NCBI GenBank assembly: GCA_016202485.1
Contig: JACQOP010000138.1
Location: forward strand, 1 to 43,544
DNA length: 43,544 bases
Source of the DNA: Chloroflexota bacterium
GTDB lineage: Bacteria; Chloroflexota; Dehalococcoidia; Lucifugimonadales; JACPCL1
Reading direction: 5' to 3'
Numbering within the stretch: position 1 is the stretch's first letter; the number at the start of each line of letters is the position of its first letter. Positions 42,165-43,544 of this stretch are shown one piece after another. The notes beneath the pieces are model-generated. The model worked only from the letters and a program-made list of their open reading frames with translations. It made no database searches and was not told where the DNA came from. The position numbers and the translations under genes were made by a program.

Positions 42165-42812
42165 CTAGGAGTAGTCACAGAAAGGGGGGAGGGGAGCGTC
42201 GGGTTCTGAACACAGGACATCTATTGCCGGGACCACGTTTCCATCGGGGAGTCGCACCAAGAAGCTGGTTTGGGTATGTAGCATGTACACCACTTGGTTA
42301 TGAGCACTGACAAAGGCATAGACCGCTACCGTCGGACAGAATATTCTGCCTCCTGTCATCTCTCCCACCAACTGTTGCAGTTCTGGGCCCCAGCAGTACA
42401 AGGCATGGTCGCCAAAACTGAGACCTTCCCCGTACTTCACCTCTGCGTACTTCACAATCCAGGTTGGCACCTCTTTGACTGCGCCTTCTTCGAGTCGGCC
42501 TTCGCCGCCAGAGTAGAGGACATAAGAAGCCGCTGCTGGGTTTTTGGCAGACTCCAGGGCCCTCTGACCAAACCTTTCCATTAGGTATATCCCAGTGATA
42601 TCCAGGGCCACCGCCTGGCTCATGGTGGGCGCAGCAAAAACCATCTTGAACTCATCGTTACCAGATGCATTGAGGCCTGTCCCCGGCTTCCAATCCTCCT
42701 TAGGTATTGGGGGCACGGTATACTGTCCCTGGGCCATGGTATCAACACTGGCCACAACGACCAGTACCATCCCCACCAGTGTGAGAAACATGACGCTCTT
42801 CAAGCGTTGCAT
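42165..42812 (-). CDS. Secreted hypothetical protein
   Basis: Signal peptide MQRLKSVMFLTLVGMVLVVVASVDTMAQ and SD agaggtaggg. The region looks more AT-rich by eye. Confidence 0.6.
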   Translation of the reverse strand: MQRLKSVMFLTLVGMVLVVVASVDTMAQGQYTVPPIPKEDWKPGTGLNASGNDEFKMVFAAPTMSQAVALDITGIYLMERFGQRALESAKNPAAASYVLYSGGEGRLEEGAVKEVPTWIVKYAEVKYGEGLSFGDHALYCWGPELQQLVGEMTGGRIFCPTVAVYAFVSAHNQVVYMLHTQTSFLVRLPDGNVVPAIDVLCSEPDAPLPPFCDYS

Positions 42813-42938
42813 ACCCTACCTCTTGCCCTAAGCTCCCTGGTTCTCAAGAGTGCAGGCGTAAACGGCGGCCCTGACCATGAACACCGATAAGATAATGATA
42901 ACAAGAGTTAACCCCCTATGCTTCTCTATAGTATACGG

Positions 42939-42968
42939 AAAGGGCTGTGAGTTACTTCACAGCCCTTT
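42939..42968 (-). terminator. Strong hairpin downstream of the sigma-r4-repeat gene
   Basis: A 12-bp perfect stem aaagggctgtga / tcacagcccttt with a 6-nt loop. The T/A runs form part of the stem. Confidence 0.5.
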
Positions 42969-43007
42969 TGACCCTGCTAGCCGGTCGCGAAAGTCGACTG
43001 GCTGCGC

Positions 43008-43544
43008 TCACATGTTACTCTGGCCCCGATGTTGCCCATAACGCACGCGAGAGGAAGGGAACAGCTTCCGCATAGCCCTCAAATAGATATCGGCCACATG
43101 CCCAGGCGTGCTCCCCAATTCTTGGGCAACTTCCTCCATCGTCCAGTCTCGCCCATCTCCAAGCCCGTGCAAGAGCTGAAGCACCCGTGTTTCCATATCG
43201 CTCAATTTATCGCCAGCGGCCTCAATAGCCCCCCGATACATGTCCCGCATGCGGGCCTCCGTCTCTGGATCCTGCGGATATATCTTCCCTATCGCCGCTC
43301 TTTTGATATGCGTGACCACCTCGCCTGTGACTTCCAACTTTTGGGCGATTTCCACGTCATCCCAATTCCGGCCATCTTCTAGGCCAGCCCATAGCCGTAG
43401 CACTTGGGACTCCAAGGCAGTCAAGAGGTCGCGGGCGCCTTCCATACGCTCCACTGTGTATATCTTGCGTTTGGCCCTCCCCAGTATTGCAAGCATGTCC
43501 TCTTCCGTGATGCCCAACCTTTGGGCGACGTCGTCATGTCCCCA
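43008..43544 (-). CDS. Protein built from tandem sigma-70 region-4-like HTH repeats (5' end outside window)
   Basis: The frame is open to the window edge (WGHDDVAQRLGITEEDMLAILGRAKRKI). Two further units follow (VLRLWAGLEDGRNWDDVEIAQKLEVTGEVVTHIKRAAIGKI and VLQLLHGLGDGRDWTMEEVAQELGSTPGHVADIYLRAMRKL). Confidence 0.65.
   Translation of the reverse strand, partial: WGHDDVAQRLGITEEDMLAILGRAKRKIYTVERMEGARDLLTALESQVLRLWAGLEDGRNWDDVEIAQKLEVTGEVVTHIKRAAIGKIYPQDPETEARMRDMYRGAIEAAGDKLSDMETRVLQLLHGLGDGRDWTMEEVAQELGSTPGHVADIYLRAMRKLFPSSRVRYGQHRGQSNM

Noticed and set aside
1-43544. CRISPR arrays, rRNA genes, riboswitch-like leaders and prophage structural genes.
   Set aside because: No regularly spaced direct repeats, rRNA-like segments or recognisable riboswitch cores were seen. 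Absence is based on visual inspection only.

Overview
GC-rich bacterial chromosomal window with strong Shine-Dalgarno sites. Gene content suggests a Chloroflexota-like organism, but that taxon call is inference only. The left 26 kb is mostly core metabolism. It holds a MacB/FtsX-type ABC pair, an SDR, folC, fabF, mazG and a lone ABC ATPase. It also holds a complete alternative complex III (ACIII) operon, a partial System-I cytochrome c maturation cluster (ccmH, ccmF, tlpA/resA-like), a LeuB/Icd-family dehydrogenase and thrC. From the thrC stop to a tRNA-Pro(UGG) at 39.8 kb the content turns accessory and looks patchily more AT-rich by eye. (1) A 3.3-kb mercury-resistance cassette is bracketed by 46-bp direct repeats that duplicate the thrC 3' end. 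It has a MerR-type promoter with a 19-bp spacer, an 11-G homopolymer inside merA, an unlisted 41-aa peptide with a vicinal Cys pair, and a Met-rich lipoprotein. (2) A two-gene module encodes a membrane protein plus a prokaryotic-YEATS-like protein. (3) A translationally coupled operon encodes a methyltransferase, a Tat-exported barrel-like protein and an orphan T6SS-type Hcp, with no other T6SS gene in the window. The right end carries an HpcH aldolase, an AEC transporter, a secreted unknown and a truncated protein built from tandem sigma-70 region-4 repeats. No rRNA, CRISPR array, transposase or integrase was recognised. All calls rest on reading motifs by eye, and no database search was run.
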